Assembly: GCA_040222015.1 (NCBI GenBank)
Contig: JAVJWO010000125.1
Location: 1 to 64,000, forward strand
Origin: Coleofasciculus chthonoplastes F2-STO-03
GTDB lineage: Bacteria; Cyanobacteriota; Cyanobacteriia; Cyanobacteriales; Coleofasciculaceae
Direction: 5' to 3'
DNA length: 64,000 nucleotides
The notes beneath the pieces are model-generated. The model was not told where the DNA came from. It was given only the letters and a program-made list of their open reading frames with translations, and searched no databases. Made by a program: the position numbers and the translations under genes. This document shows positions 1 to 10,500 of the stretch, piece after piece (the stretch's first letter is position 1; every line of letters starts with the position of its first letter).

Positions 1-251
1 TTCTTGGGTGTCATGACCAAAAAAGCGTAGCCAACCTTGCCAGATGGTAGGTTACTCTTTTTTACGGCTGAGTCTGCACGCTCACCCCACCTACCCAAAA
101 TGCTTAGTTTTGGGTAGTTGTGGGTAGACATTTACGAGCGGTTTGAGGAGTAGAAACGCTGGGCATGATTATTGCTCTACATTGCTTAATATATCTTAAT
201 ATAATACGCTTCGTTTAAGGATAGCATCGATCATTGGACATCCCCTATAGT

Positions 252-836
252 CTATTTCTGATTATGCTTTTGCCAGTTTCCGCCGACGCGCCGCATCAGG
301 TAAGCCACACCAAAATCGCCATTTGGATGTGCCGCTAACCGTTCCCCCAACTCAATCACCTGCGCCCCTAACTCACTCCCTAATTTTTCAGCCGTGGCTT
401 GGCGTTCTTTTTGCCAAAGTTGCTGTTCTCGCGCCTTAGTCTGCCATTCGTTGGTAAAGAGTTGCTCAACTATGGTATGGAGTCCCAAACTTTCTAGAAT
501 GTCCCACTCCCCGTAATCGCACCAAATCCCGCGACAGTAGGAACACCGTTCCACATAAAAGGGAGTCTTGAGATTAACTTTAGCGCGAGAGAGATAGCGC
601 TGGCACTCTGGACATAATGCGGCTTTGGTATCGAAAGGGGACTTGACGAAATCCACATTTAGTGATAATGGGGGAATGTCTGGCATTTTCTGAGCAGACG
701 ATTGACGTGCCTGCCATGTTTCATACTCTTTGGCAGGAATCCAGGTGCCTTTACACTCTTGGCAATACTTCACGGCAAACTGATGCTCTAAATAGCCGTC
801 TAAGAGCGTTACTTTTCTACATTTAGGACATTGCAC
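252..836 (-). CDS. zf-TFIIB-like double zinc-ribbon protein
   Basis: Two sets of CxxC pairs (CPKC/CQEC, CPEC/CSYC) followed by GTW/GIW motifs. Confidence 0.75.
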   Translation of the reverse strand: MQCPKCRKVTLLDGYLEHQFAVKYCQECKGTWIPAKEYETWQARQSSAQKMPDIPPLSLNVDFVKSPFDTKAALCPECQRYLSRAKVNLKTPFYVERCSYCRGIWCDYGEWDILESLGLHTIVEQLFTNEWQTKAREQQLWQKERQATAEKLGSELGAQVIELGERLAAHPNGDFGVAYLMRRVGGNWQKHNQK

Positions 837-950
837 CGATTTTCTTCCTCAAAGCACCTGTAACTTATCCTAATTCGGCGAGAATACCTTAACCATGCCC
901 TCGAACGAAGTTTAGGGTCGAAACTCCCTCGACAGGACTAGACTAGAGCG

Positions 951-1310
951 CTACAGTTGAAGCATAGCACTACAGTATTGAATCAGGGTGTTCAGGCGAT
1001 CGCGGATGATAGCCACCCTAGACTGAACGGTTGCAGAATGTCGCGCCGTCCGCAACATTAACATATCAGTTTCTAGCAGTCGGATATGTCTATGGATTTC
1101 GGTTTGCCTAGACTGCCATACTGATACAAGTTCATGATTAACCTCATCGGGATTGAGCGTGATAATTTGTCCTTGAAAGAGCTGTTTCACCGCCTGGAAA
1201 CGCTCCTGGATCTCGGTTTTGTCTAACTCTTGACTCTGGGTGCAGGCGTGCAGGTCGTCTAGGACGTGTTTAAAGTCCTGATAGGATTGCTTTTGGGAGG
1301 GGACTAACAT
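951..1310 (-). CDS. patD: PatD-family protein
   Basis: 119-aa helical protein with QTEIHRHIRLLETDMLML motif; divergent from relA/spoT as in other cyanobacteria. Confidence 0.7.
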   Translation of the reverse strand: MLVPSQKQSYQDFKHVLDDLHACTQSQELDKTEIQERFQAVKQLFQGQIITLNPDEVNHELVSVWQSRQTEIHRHIRLLETDMLMLRTARHSATVQSRVAIIRDRLNTLIQYCSAMLQL

Positions 1311-1651
1311 TATCAGACAGGTTGGTCTAGAATAAATGTAAAGAATCTTGTATTTTTGTTTATAAATGCAATGTTGGCTTCAACCCAGTCCTTTGGTTAT
1401 TCAAGATTTTACTGGAAATGAAGTCCGTGACAGAAGTGGCTTGTTGCTTCTGTATCCGGTAACAAGGGTGGATATCTGGTAGTTCATGTTACTATTTCTC
1501 ATCTAGGTCTGATTACTATACGGATATTCTAGGGAATTTTGACCCATTTCTGGAATTCACCAAAACCGATAACTATACCACTAAACAGAGATCTTACTGC
1601 CATTACCGTTCAACCCTCCTTATTATTTATAGAGCTGTCAGGGAAAGAATT

Positions 1652-3907
1652 ATGAGTGCCACTGTCCTAACCACCACCTATAACCTAGACGTTCCCGACT
1701 GGTTGCAGGACTGTTTATCAACAGCCTCTGCCACCTCTGACCCATCAACGCCGGATGACGCGGCGTTAGTGGTGCGGGCGTTTGAATTTGCTTATCAACT
1801 GCATTCGGAACAATATCGAGCCTCTGGAGAACTTTATATCGCCCATCCCGTAGCTGTTGCTGGCTTATTAAGGGATTTAGGCGGCAACAGTACCATGATG
1901 GCGGCTGGCTTACTCCATGATGTGGTCGAAGATACGGATGTCACGCCGGACGAGATTGAATCAATTTTTGGTGCAGAGGTTCGCCATTTAGTTGAAGGCG
2001 TCACCAAACTCTCCAAATTTAACTTCTCCAGTAAAACCGAACGCCAAGCCGAAAACTTCCGCCGCATGTTCCTCGCCATGGCGAAGGATATCCGCGTGAT
2101 TGTGGTCAAGTTAGCCGACCGTCTGCATAATATGCGGACATTAGAACATCTTAAGCCACAAAAACAGCGGGCGATCGCCCAGGAAACCCGAGAGATTTTT
2201 GCCCCCTTAGCCAACCGCTTGGGAATTGGGCGGTTTAAGTGGGAGTTAGAAGATTTATCCTTTAAGTACTTAGAACCGAATGCTTATCGCAAAATGCAGG
2301 AACTGGTTGCCGAACGGCGTCAAGACCGGGAGGAACGATTAACTCAGGTTTCGCAAATTCTGCGAGGGCGTCTCGATGAGATGGGCATTCGATGTGTGGA
2401 CTTGAATAGTCGTCCTAAGCATCTGTATGGAATTTATCAGAAGATGCAGCGCCGCAATAAAGAATTTCACGAAATTTATGATTTAGCGGCGATGCGGATC
2501 ATCGTGGAGACCAACGAAGGGTGCTATCGGGCATTAGCTGTTGTCCATGATGCCTTTCGACCGATTCCAGGTCGGTTTAAAGATTATATCGGCTTACCTA
2601 AACCCAATCGTTATCAGTCTCTACATACAGGCGTGATTGGCTTCCATGGGCGTCCCATCGAAGTGCAGATTCGTACCCTAGAAATGCATCGGATTGCCGA
2701 ATATGGGATTGCCGCACATTGGAAGTATAAAGAAACCGGGACGTCTGATCCAACCCGGATTAGCGCAGACGATGACAAGTTTACCTGGTTGCGGCAGTTG
2801 CTGGAATGGCAGAATGACCTGAAAGACGCTCATGAGTATATTGAAAGTGTCAAAGATAATTTATTTGACGATGATGTCTACGTCTTTACCCCCGATGGAG
2901 ATGTGGTACCCCTGAGTCGGGACGCAACGCCGATAGATTTCGCCTATCGGATTCACACCGAGATTGGTAATCACTGTGCTGGGGTGAGAATTAATGGTCA
3001 GTGGCGAGTTCTGGATACACCGTTAAAAAATGGGGATATTGTCGAAATTATCACCCAGAAAAATAACCACCCCAGTTTAGACTGGTTAAACTTCGTGGTC
3101 ACGCCCAGTGCCAGAAACCGGATTCGCCAATGGTACAAGCGATCGCACCGCGATGAAAATGTGGCGCGAGGTCGAGATTTGCTGGAGAAGGAACTGGGTA
3201 AAAATGGATTTGAATCCTTGCTCAAATCTGAACCGATGCAGTCTGTTGCCGAACGCTGTAATTATCAAAATGCTGAAGATTTACTGGCGGCATTAGGGTA
3301 TGGAGAAGTCACCCTGAATTTAGTGGTCAATCGGTTGCGCGATGCAGTAAAAGCCACACAACCCCTGGAAACCGAACTCGAAGAAATCGAGGATTTACTG
3401 CCATCGTTACCGACGGCGAGGGAAACAAGTGACCAGTGGACGATTAAAGGCGAACCCATTGCGGGGGTCGAGGGATTGATGCATCGGATTGCTGGGTGTT
3501 GTAATCCGGTTCCCGGCGAACCTATTTTGGGTGTCGTTACCCGATTGCGAGGAATTTCGATTCATCGTCAAGGCTGCCCCAATGTGGAAAATATTGAGGG
3601 AGACCGATTAGTTCCGGTGAATTGGAATCCGACGGATCAAGAGAGTGGGCGTCCACAAACCTATCCGGTTAATATTCAAATTGAAGTGTTGGATCGGGTC
3701 GGGGTTTTAAAGGATATTCTGTCCCGCTTAAGTGACCATCATATCAATGTGCGGAAAGCTCAGGTGAAAACTCAAGACGGTAAACCCGCGCTGATTGATT
3801 TGTGTATCGATATTCGGGATTACGGACAATTGCAGCAAAGTTTTGCTCAAATTAAAAAGATGAGCGATATTTTGAATCTGCGGCGGATCACCGATATTCA
3901 TGAATGA
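1652..3907 (+). CDS. spoT: bifunctional (p)ppGpp synthetase/hydrolase RelA/SpoT
   Basis: HDVVED hydrolase motif, KLADRLHNMRTL, YQSLHT, EVQIRT, TGS and ACT domains. Confidence 0.97.
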   Translation: MSATVLTTTYNLDVPDWLQDCLSTASATSDPSTPDDAALVVRAFEFAYQLHSEQYRASGELYIAHPVAVAGLLRDLGGNSTMMAAGLLHDVVEDTDVTPDEIESIFGAEVRHLVEGVTKLSKFNFSSKTERQAENFRRMFLAMAKDIRVIVVKLADRLHNMRTLEHLKPQKQRAIAQETREIFAPLANRLGIGRFKWELEDLSFKYLEPNAYRKMQELVAERRQDREERLTQVSQILRGRLDEMGIRCVDLNSRPKHLYGIYQKMQRRNKEFHEIYDLAAMRIIVETNEGCYRALAVVHDAFRPIPGRFKDYIGLPKPNRYQSLHTGVIGFHGRPIEVQIRTLEMHRIAEYGIAAHWKYKETGTSDPTRISADDDKFTWLRQLLEWQNDLKDAHEYIESVKDNLFDDDVYVFTPDGDVVPLSRDATPIDFAYRIHTEIGNHCAGVRINGQWRVLDTPLKNGDIVEIITQKNNHPSLDWLNFVVTPSARNRIRQWYKRSHRDENVARGRDLLEKELGKNGFESLLKSEPMQSVAERCNYQNAEDLLAALGYGEVTLNLVVNRLRDAVKATQPLETELEEIEDLLPSLPTARETSDQWTIKGEPIAGVEGLMHRIAGCCNPVPGEPILGVVTRLRGISIHRQGCPNVENIEGDRLVPVNWNPTDQESGRPQTYPVNIQIEVLDRVGVLKDILSRLSDHHINVRKAQVKTQDGKPALIDLCIDIRDYGQLQQSFAQIKKMSDILNLRRITDIHE

Positions 3908-3971
3908 ACTTCAAGTCGTGACGCGCCATTTTAGGACTATCGTTTCTGACTAAGAATTAAAGCTCGACTCG

Positions 3972-4808
3972 TTAGGACAAAGTGTTGGGATCAATTCCCA
4001 ATTCTTGCAATTTTGCCATTAACGCCTGATTGCGTTGCCGTTCTTCCTCTAGGTTGTTCGTCATCGCGTCAGCGCGTTGACGTTCCTGTTCGGCGCGTTG
4101 GCGTTCCTGTTCGGCGCGTTGACGTTCCTGTTCGGCGCGTTGGCGTTCTTGTTCGGCTTGTTCCGCACTCCACAGCAACAGGTTTCCCGACTCGTCCCAC
4201 CAGCGTAACCAATGGGTTGTTGAGCCTAATCGAGTGCCATACCAGATACCTAAAAATAGTCCCAATTCAGGAATCCAGTAGCGTCCTTCCGCTGTGGGTT
4301 GTTGCAATACGTATCGATTATCTTGTAACCGACGGACTTCTAGGATTAGTTCTAGGGGATTAAAGATGACATAGGTGGGAACTTGAAGAATTTGCTCATA
4401 GAAGTACAACTTCCCATAGGGAAACGTTGGTCGTACTGAGTATTCTCCTGTTTCCGTTTCTGACAAAAACTCCATGACTATCCCAACTGGACTTCCTTCC
4501 CGATTGGGGGTATAGCTGCGACGAATTACGCCTTCTGCAACCGGTAATACTTGGGGTACATACAGCCAATCTGGTGCTTTGACCACGATTCTCCGATTTA
4601 CCGTCGCCACAAGCCCAAAATTAGAAGCGATTAACATTTGCGAATTCAGGCGATTGGCTGCACCTAAGGCGTCTGTCACTGCGGCGGCGAGGGGTGGTTG
4701 TTGAATGTTTTCCACGGGATCATCAGGCAAGATAAAATCGTCGGGAAGCTTTTCCCAGGTAACTAGGGGTTCTTGGCGTTTGGCGGAGGTTGGAGTTTGC
4801 AAAATCAT
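3972..4808 (-). CDS. Uma2-family (DUF820) endonuclease-like protein
   Basis: WEKLPDDFILPDDPVEN, APDWLYVP, MEFLS motifs; C-terminal EQERQRA repeats; ATG at 4808 preferred as start. Confidence 0.85.
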   Translation of the reverse strand: MILQTPTSAKRQEPLVTWEKLPDDFILPDDPVENIQQPPLAAAVTDALGAANRLNSQMLIASNFGLVATVNRRIVVKAPDWLYVPQVLPVAEGVIRRSYTPNREGSPVGIVMEFLSETETGEYSVRPTFPYGKLYFYEQILQVPTYVIFNPLELILEVRRLQDNRYVLQQPTAEGRYWIPELGLFLGIWYGTRLGSTTHWLRWWDESGNLLLWSAEQAEQERQRAEQERQRAEQERQRAEQERQRADAMTNNLEEERQRNQALMAKLQELGIDPNTLS

Positions 4809-4957
4809 CTGAGATTGTTTAACCTTGGCGGTTGTTATATCTTCTAGCGCTAAAGCGCCGACTACGAACGAACAAATGGTGCGATCGCACATTCAGCAAT
4901 ATTCCCTATAAACTCGGGGCTTACCGCTTGCCCGCCCGGTACAATCAACAATGAACC

Positions 4958-5776
4958 ATGAACCATGAATATTCAATAATGTATCCATTTCGGCTTTGTG
5001 CGATCGCGCTCTCTCATCTATCCAGGTTGTTGACTCAGACAATTGTGGGACTTTTGCTCCTTTGTATTACCTTACTCTGCTGGTCTTCCCCAGTTCAAGC
5101 CGCTAGCCAAGTGAGTCCCAAATTAGAAGAACAAGTGTTGCAAGTGATTCGCGAACACCCAGAAGTGATTCTGGAATCGGTTCAGGCGTATCAGCAACGT
5201 GTCCAACAGCAACTCCAACAAGCCCAGCAAGCCTTTGTTCAAGAACTGAAAAGGAATCCTCAAGCCGTTATTGGAGAGTCACCGACGACAGGGGCGTCTC
5301 AGTCCAAGATTGTCATGGTAGAGTTTTCTGATTTTCAATGTCCCTATTGTGGCAGGGCGCATAAAACGGTGCAACGGTTTATGGCAAAGCATCAAGATCA
5401 GGTGACGTTGACGTATAAACATTATCCCTTAGCCTCAATTCATCCCCAAGCTATCTCAGCCGCAAAAGCAGCGTGGGCGGCGTTTCAACAGGGGAAGTTT
5501 TGGGAGTATCATGATGTGTTGTTTACTCAGCAAGAAAAACTGGGAGAGTCATTTTATATTGAAACAGCCAAGAACTTAAATTTAGATGTAGACCAATTTA
5601 ATCGCGATCGCAATAGCCAAGCAGCAGAAACGGCGATTAGTCAAGATATTCAGCTAGCGGAGAGTTTAGGAATTACTGGAACTCCTTTTTTTGTTATGAA
5701 TGGGGAGGTGTTTACTGGGGCGATAGAATTAGAGGAAATGGAGAAACGTTTTACTCGTGTCAAACAGTCGTTATAA
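4958..5776 (+). CDS. DsbA-family thioredoxin-fold protein
   Basis: EFSDFQCPYC active site and GITGTP cis-Pro motif; N-terminal signal segment. Confidence 0.9.
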   Translation: MNHEYSIMYPFRLCAIALSHLSRLLTQTIVGLLLLCITLLCWSSPVQAASQVSPKLEEQVLQVIREHPEVILESVQAYQQRVQQQLQQAQQAFVQELKRNPQAVIGESPTTGASQSKIVMVEFSDFQCPYCGRAHKTVQRFMAKHQDQVTLTYKHYPLASIHPQAISAAKAAWAAFQQGKFWEYHDVLFTQQEKLGESFYIETAKNLNLDVDQFNRDRNSQAAETAISQDIQLAESLGITGTPFFVMNGEVFTGAIELEEMEKRFTRVKQSL

Positions 5777-5811
5777 GTAGGGTCTGCTGTAGGGAGTTTG
5801 GGGGTGAGGGG

Positions 5812-5876
5812 AGGGAACAGGGAACAGGGAACAGGCAACAGGCAACAGGCAACAGGCAACAGGCAACAGGCAACAG
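5812..5876. repeat. STRR heptamer array (AGGGAAC/AGGCAAC)n
   Basis: Tandem 7-mers seen directly. Confidence 0.9.
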
Positions 5877-5931
5877 CAATTGTAGAGACGTGCCATGGCG
5901 CGTCTGGAAGCTGGGGAGGGATGGTAATGGG

Positions 5932-5993
5932 GTAGGGGCGACCCGCTTGCATCAATTAACAACGGTGTCCACTCAATTGACTCGGGTCGCCCT
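5932..5993. repeat. GTAGGGGCGACCCG...CGGGTCGCCC palindromic REP/MITE family
   Basis: Related copies at about 19293, 46210, 46400 and inverted at 56290-56620. Confidence 0.8.
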
Positions 5994-5999
5994 TTACTC

Positions 6000-6166
6000 A
6001 ATGACAAATGACGAATGACAAATGACGAATGACGAATGACAAATGACGAATGACAAATGACGAATGACAAATGACAAATGACAAATGACAAATGACAAAT
6101 GACAAATGACAAATGACAAATGACGAATGACAAATGACAAATGACAAATGACAAATGACAAATGAC
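6000..6166. repeat. STRR heptamer array (AATGACA/AATGACG)n, about 24 units
   Basis: Tandem 7-mers seen directly between convergent genes. Confidence 0.95.
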
Positions 6167-6170
6167 GCAC

Positions 6171-7136
6171 TTAAGGTGTAACCTCTTGCAGTTGGTTTCC
6201 GGGATTCAGTTCCGATGTTTTTTCATTCATTTCGGTAGAAATAAAGGGTTCTGTAGAAAAGGGTTCTGATGACTCCTCTGACTCCCTCCTCACCAGTTGA
6301 ACCGTTCTCTCGACTTCTTCCTTAAAATGCTGCTTGTGCGAATATTCAGCCATCTTAATTTGAGCCGTATCGTAGGCGGATGTACCTGGCGAAATTTGGG
6401 AAAGATAGTTCAACGCGCTCTTAAAGTCTCGTTTGGCGGCTTGGTTATAGGCTTGTTGTAAAAAATATTCCGCTTTAATGCGTTGTTTTTCTTCATATTC
6501 GGCTAACTTCGGTTGAACTTTAGCCGCCGTTGTTGTCTCTGGGGGAATTTGGTTGAGCAAGTTCAAAGCGCCAGTAAAATCTTTTTCTTGGGCTTTAGCG
6601 TAAGCTTGATTTAGTAATTGTTGGGCTTCGGCTTCTAACTCAGGTTTGGCTTGTTCCACCAAGGATTCAACTTTACGCCGCCAATAGAGCATCCTATCCA
6701 TCTTACGAGCTTCTTCCAAAACATCTCGCCATCGCTTCTCCTTCAACGCTTGTTCAGCGGCTTGGTATTGAGCAGCGGCTGTGTGCCATTCCCGCCGCCA
6801 CCGTTTGAGGCTAGTCTTAGAATCCTGATACGAAGCACTCTCTTGGGGAATCGATTTAGCCAGTGCGATCGCGTTTTTAAAGTTTCCCACATCATATTCT
6901 GCCCTCGCCTGTTCTAATCGGTCAAGATCCGGGTTGGATGGAACAGCATTCAACAGAGAATAAAGCCCAAATGAGATTACCACAGTATTACAGACGGCGA
7001 TGCTCACTCCCATACCCTTCAGGGCAGGCGGTAGCTGGAAAAACCAACGGAAATCGAATAGCGTCGCTTCGGCTTGGGGTTCTAATGCAACTCCATCCGA
7101 TGACTTTTTGTAACTCACTATAGACTGCTGCTCCAT
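6171..7136 (-). CDS. membrane-anchored TPR-like helical repeat protein
   Basis: One TM segment followed by repeated LxQAYxxAxxxDFxxALxxLxQI helices; start 7136 or 7154. Confidence 0.65.
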   Translation of the reverse strand: MEQQSIVSYKKSSDGVALEPQAEATLFDFRWFFQLPPALKGMGVSIAVCNTVVISFGLYSLLNAVPSNPDLDRLEQARAEYDVGNFKNAIALAKSIPQESASYQDSKTSLKRWRREWHTAAAQYQAAEQALKEKRWRDVLEEARKMDRMLYWRRKVESLVEQAKPELEAEAQQLLNQAYAKAQEKDFTGALNLLNQIPPETTTAAKVQPKLAEYEEKQRIKAEYFLQQAYNQAAKRDFKSALNYLSQISPGTSAYDTAQIKMAEYSHKQHFKEEVERTVQLVRRESEESSEPFSTEPFISTEMNEKTSELNPGNQLQEVTP

Positions 7137-7341
7137 AAAACCTATCCAAAACACTTATCTGTGTGGCATTTCGGTGTTTACTTCCTGCTGCTTCGGGGAC
7201 TTTTGATGGCTTACCCTTGCTCAAGTCACCCTCATTTTCCATATTTCTATAGATGAACAATTTTTCCGGAATCCCATCGGGTAGAGTTTCAGGAGACAGT
7301 AGGGGTGCAGCTAACTTTTCACGGGCTATTATGGCTGAGAC

Positions 7342-7378
7342 AGGGTGTAGGGTGTAGGGTGTAGGGTGTAGGGTGTAG
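7342..7378. repeat. STRR heptamer array (AGGGTGT)n
   Basis: About 5 tandem copies. Confidence 0.85.
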
Positions 7379-7510
7379 AGGGTAGAGAACATTTGGAAAC
7401 TTGTCCTTCAAATACAGTCAATTCCTCTGCGCCCCTCTGCGCTACCCTCTGCGCCCCTCTGCGTTGAAAAAATATAATTCCGAGTGCGTAGTGCTATATT
7501 ACACTCAGTC

Positions 7511-7571
7511 GGGGCGGGTTTAGTTACATCTGGGTTAGCCAAGAAACGATAGTAGTGAAACCCGCCCCTAC
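7511..7571. repeat. GTAG-family REP doublet (GGGGCGGGTTT...AAACCCGCCCCTAC)
   Basis: Same inverted arms with variable spacers at about 18178, 29788, 31994, 40267, 46135, 49775, 51267 and 52910. Confidence 0.85.
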
Positions 7572-7598
7572 AAACCAGGTTCCCTCAAAAATATTCCT

Positions 7599-10500
7599 CT
7601 ACCAAGGACTACCAATCATTGTAAATGCCGCCCAGTAGTAAGGATGAGAAAAATCTTGGTTCCCCCTGTCTTTTAGTTCCGGGGGTAAAGGAATTCCCCC
7701 CATACCAATACCGTGTAATTGACCATTCTCCAGATGCACCTGTCCCCGTAGCATAGCAATTTGGGCGCGTTGCAATGCTTCTGCTTTAATTGTCACGTCA
7801 GGTTGACTCAATTGCCGATAAAACTCGCTCATCAGTGCCAATGTGCTGCCATCACTGACATACCAAAGACTAGCTAAGGCAGATTTGACTCCCGCATTCA
7901 CCGCTAATCCGGCAAACCCTAACTCTGCATTCCTATCGCCGATAGCTGTGCGACAAGCACTTAAAACTAATAACTCAACTTGAGGCGACTGATGCCAATC
8001 CATTTGCCGTAGTTGATTCAATCGGAGTTTTTCATCCCAGAGTTGAATATAGGAATGACTGGGTTCATTAGGTAGGAAATCGGCGTGCGTGGCGAGGTGG
8101 ATAATGCCAAATTGCTGACGCTGTTGTTTCAGGTTATTTAGGGTAAATTCTTCATTTAAAAAAGATTGACCTGACCATAATTCTTTAGTAATAATCTGCA
8201 ATTCATTTGGTACAGCAGGAAGCGGGGGTAAGTCTTCAAATTTAGATGCTCCCATGGCTAAAACTTGGGCATTTTTGATTGTGTTATAGCGGGTAGTGGT
8301 GAGACTCATACTGGGTATAGAACCAATTGAATATTTTTCTACAAGAAATTGGTTGCCATCGTGAAGTGCTGCCATAGGAATTGTCCGCAAACCTGCGTCC
8401 ATAGAAAATATCAGCGTATCAATTCCCTGTTCTTCTAGCTCAGATTCTAGAGGGGCAATCATCCAATTATAAAGTTGTTGCGCGGGGGCGAGGTAGGCTT
8501 TGGGGCGATAGGAATCGGTAACGGTTTTGCGAAATTCTGTCAAGGTTTGCTGTAATTCTTTGGCATTGGCAGTTGGGATTCTCTTGCGAATAGGATAACC
8601 TTGAGGAAGAACTAACAGCAGTTCTAGATGGTTGGTCAGTGAACGTACATAGACAACGCCGGAACTCTTTCCAGTTTGCTCCTCTAGAGTGGTTAGAGTG
8701 TCTCTTAAGCCTTCAGCGGTGATAATTTCACGGTTTATATTTTGCTGGAAATACTTCTCAAATTGCTCCTCAAACAGTTGGTCAGTCTGACCCACTGATA
8801 ATGAAGTTTCAAGATTGATTGAGAGAGTTCCTGGAGTGTAAAAGCGCTGCACAATCCTTTTTTCGCCAGTTTCTGGATCTTCCTCAATTTCGATTTCGGC
8901 TTCTAAACCCTGTCCAATTAGATTGTTTAAAGACTCAATAATATCTACGTCTTTCTCTAGGTTGGGTTTGGCTTCTCGAATGAGGAATTCATCGAGAATG
9001 GAAGGAACAGGGGATGATAAAATTTGTATCTGTTCTTTATCTTGGGTATGGTTAAACAAATAGACTTGATTGGGTGCAATTGTCTGATTAGGTGTGGTAT
9101 TCCCTCGGGTGATTGCGCCTCGGATACCGTTGGTTTGGGAATTACCAACAATAAATGGGACGACACCGTTTCCCCCATGACGGATAATAATGCTGCCACC
9201 GTTTATCCCTCCAGCCGTGGAAATACTGGCATTGATACCATTCTGGTCGATGAAAGAGTCAGTGGCTTGGAAGAAATGGTTGGTTGTAATTTCAACGTTT
9301 CCGCCTATACCATTGAGACTCTGAGTATTAATGTGGCTAACATTAATCCTGTCATTAGCAGTTAGCTTACTATTGCCACCATTGCCAGAAGCGGAGGTAT
9401 CCAGAATACCTGTGGATATTTGTCCGTTGTGGCTGAACAAATTAATCCCGCTAGGGGCAGTAATATTATCCGTTGTGATGTTATTTTCGGCTTTGATATC
9501 TATCCCGGCTCGATTATTGGTGGTAATGTCACCTTGAACCCATAAATTTTGCAACGGTTGCAAGCTGCCAACCCGATCATTAAACTGAACAATACCACCA
9601 CCGGGATTAAGGGTGAGATCGTAGGTTCCGTCAACGGTGCGATTAAAAATAATCATACCGGAGTTGGGGATACTCACCGAGAAATCTCCAGGTAAAATCA
9701 GGGGACGGTTGAAGGTAATTTGGTTACCTGCATTAAGCTTAATTGGTCCTGGAGTTCCAGACGCAGAACCCGAGTCTAAATCCCCAGTCGTGATATTGTT
9801 ACGGGCATTCAGTGCGATCGCGCCTCCCTTCCCTATACTTGATCGGGTGTAAAGTGTCCCACTATCAGTATTGATAGTTCCCGCCAGACTTGTCAGTGTC
9901 ACAGCCGCGCCGGGATTGTTAATCGTACCTGTGATAATATCTTGGTTCGCTAGTAGCGTAATATCACCGTTTCCGGCTATAGTAAATCCAGTGGTATTAA
10001 TAGAACCATCACCCATTGGCGATCGCAATGTCACCGAGTCATTAAACGTCACATCATCAGCTAGGGTAATCGCGCCACTGCTGTCATTACGCCCGATGGT
10101 GATAGACTCGAAACCCATTTCCCAGGCGTTGATATCACGGGCTGACAAGTCTAGCTGTTCTGTGTTAGTATCAGTTGCACCATTAAGCGCGATCGCGTGA
10201 CTAGGACTAAACGGTTGTAACGTCAATGTCCCATTCCCCGATACATTCCCGAAAAAATTAATTTCATCACCCGTTAATTCAATATCGCCAATCAGAGTAA
10301 CGTCATCACCATAGCTTTGACCCAACTCTCCGTTTGTTATCACATTTCTACGAATTTTAGTCATACCCCCGGTATCAGTTGTCAGACGCTGAACGGTTAC
10401 TGAATTGTTGAATTGAGTGACACCTGTACTATTGATGTTTAAGTCTGCCAGATTAACCGTATTCCCGACGCTATCCTCAAACGTAATATTACCCGTACCC

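Noticed and set aside
951..1310. patD as evidence of heterocysts
   Set aside because: PatD homologues also occur in non-heterocystous filamentous cyanobacteria
5650..6154. ORFs 5650-5955 and 5771-6154
   Set aside because: Translations of heptamer arrays (ICHLSFV, CCLLPVA)
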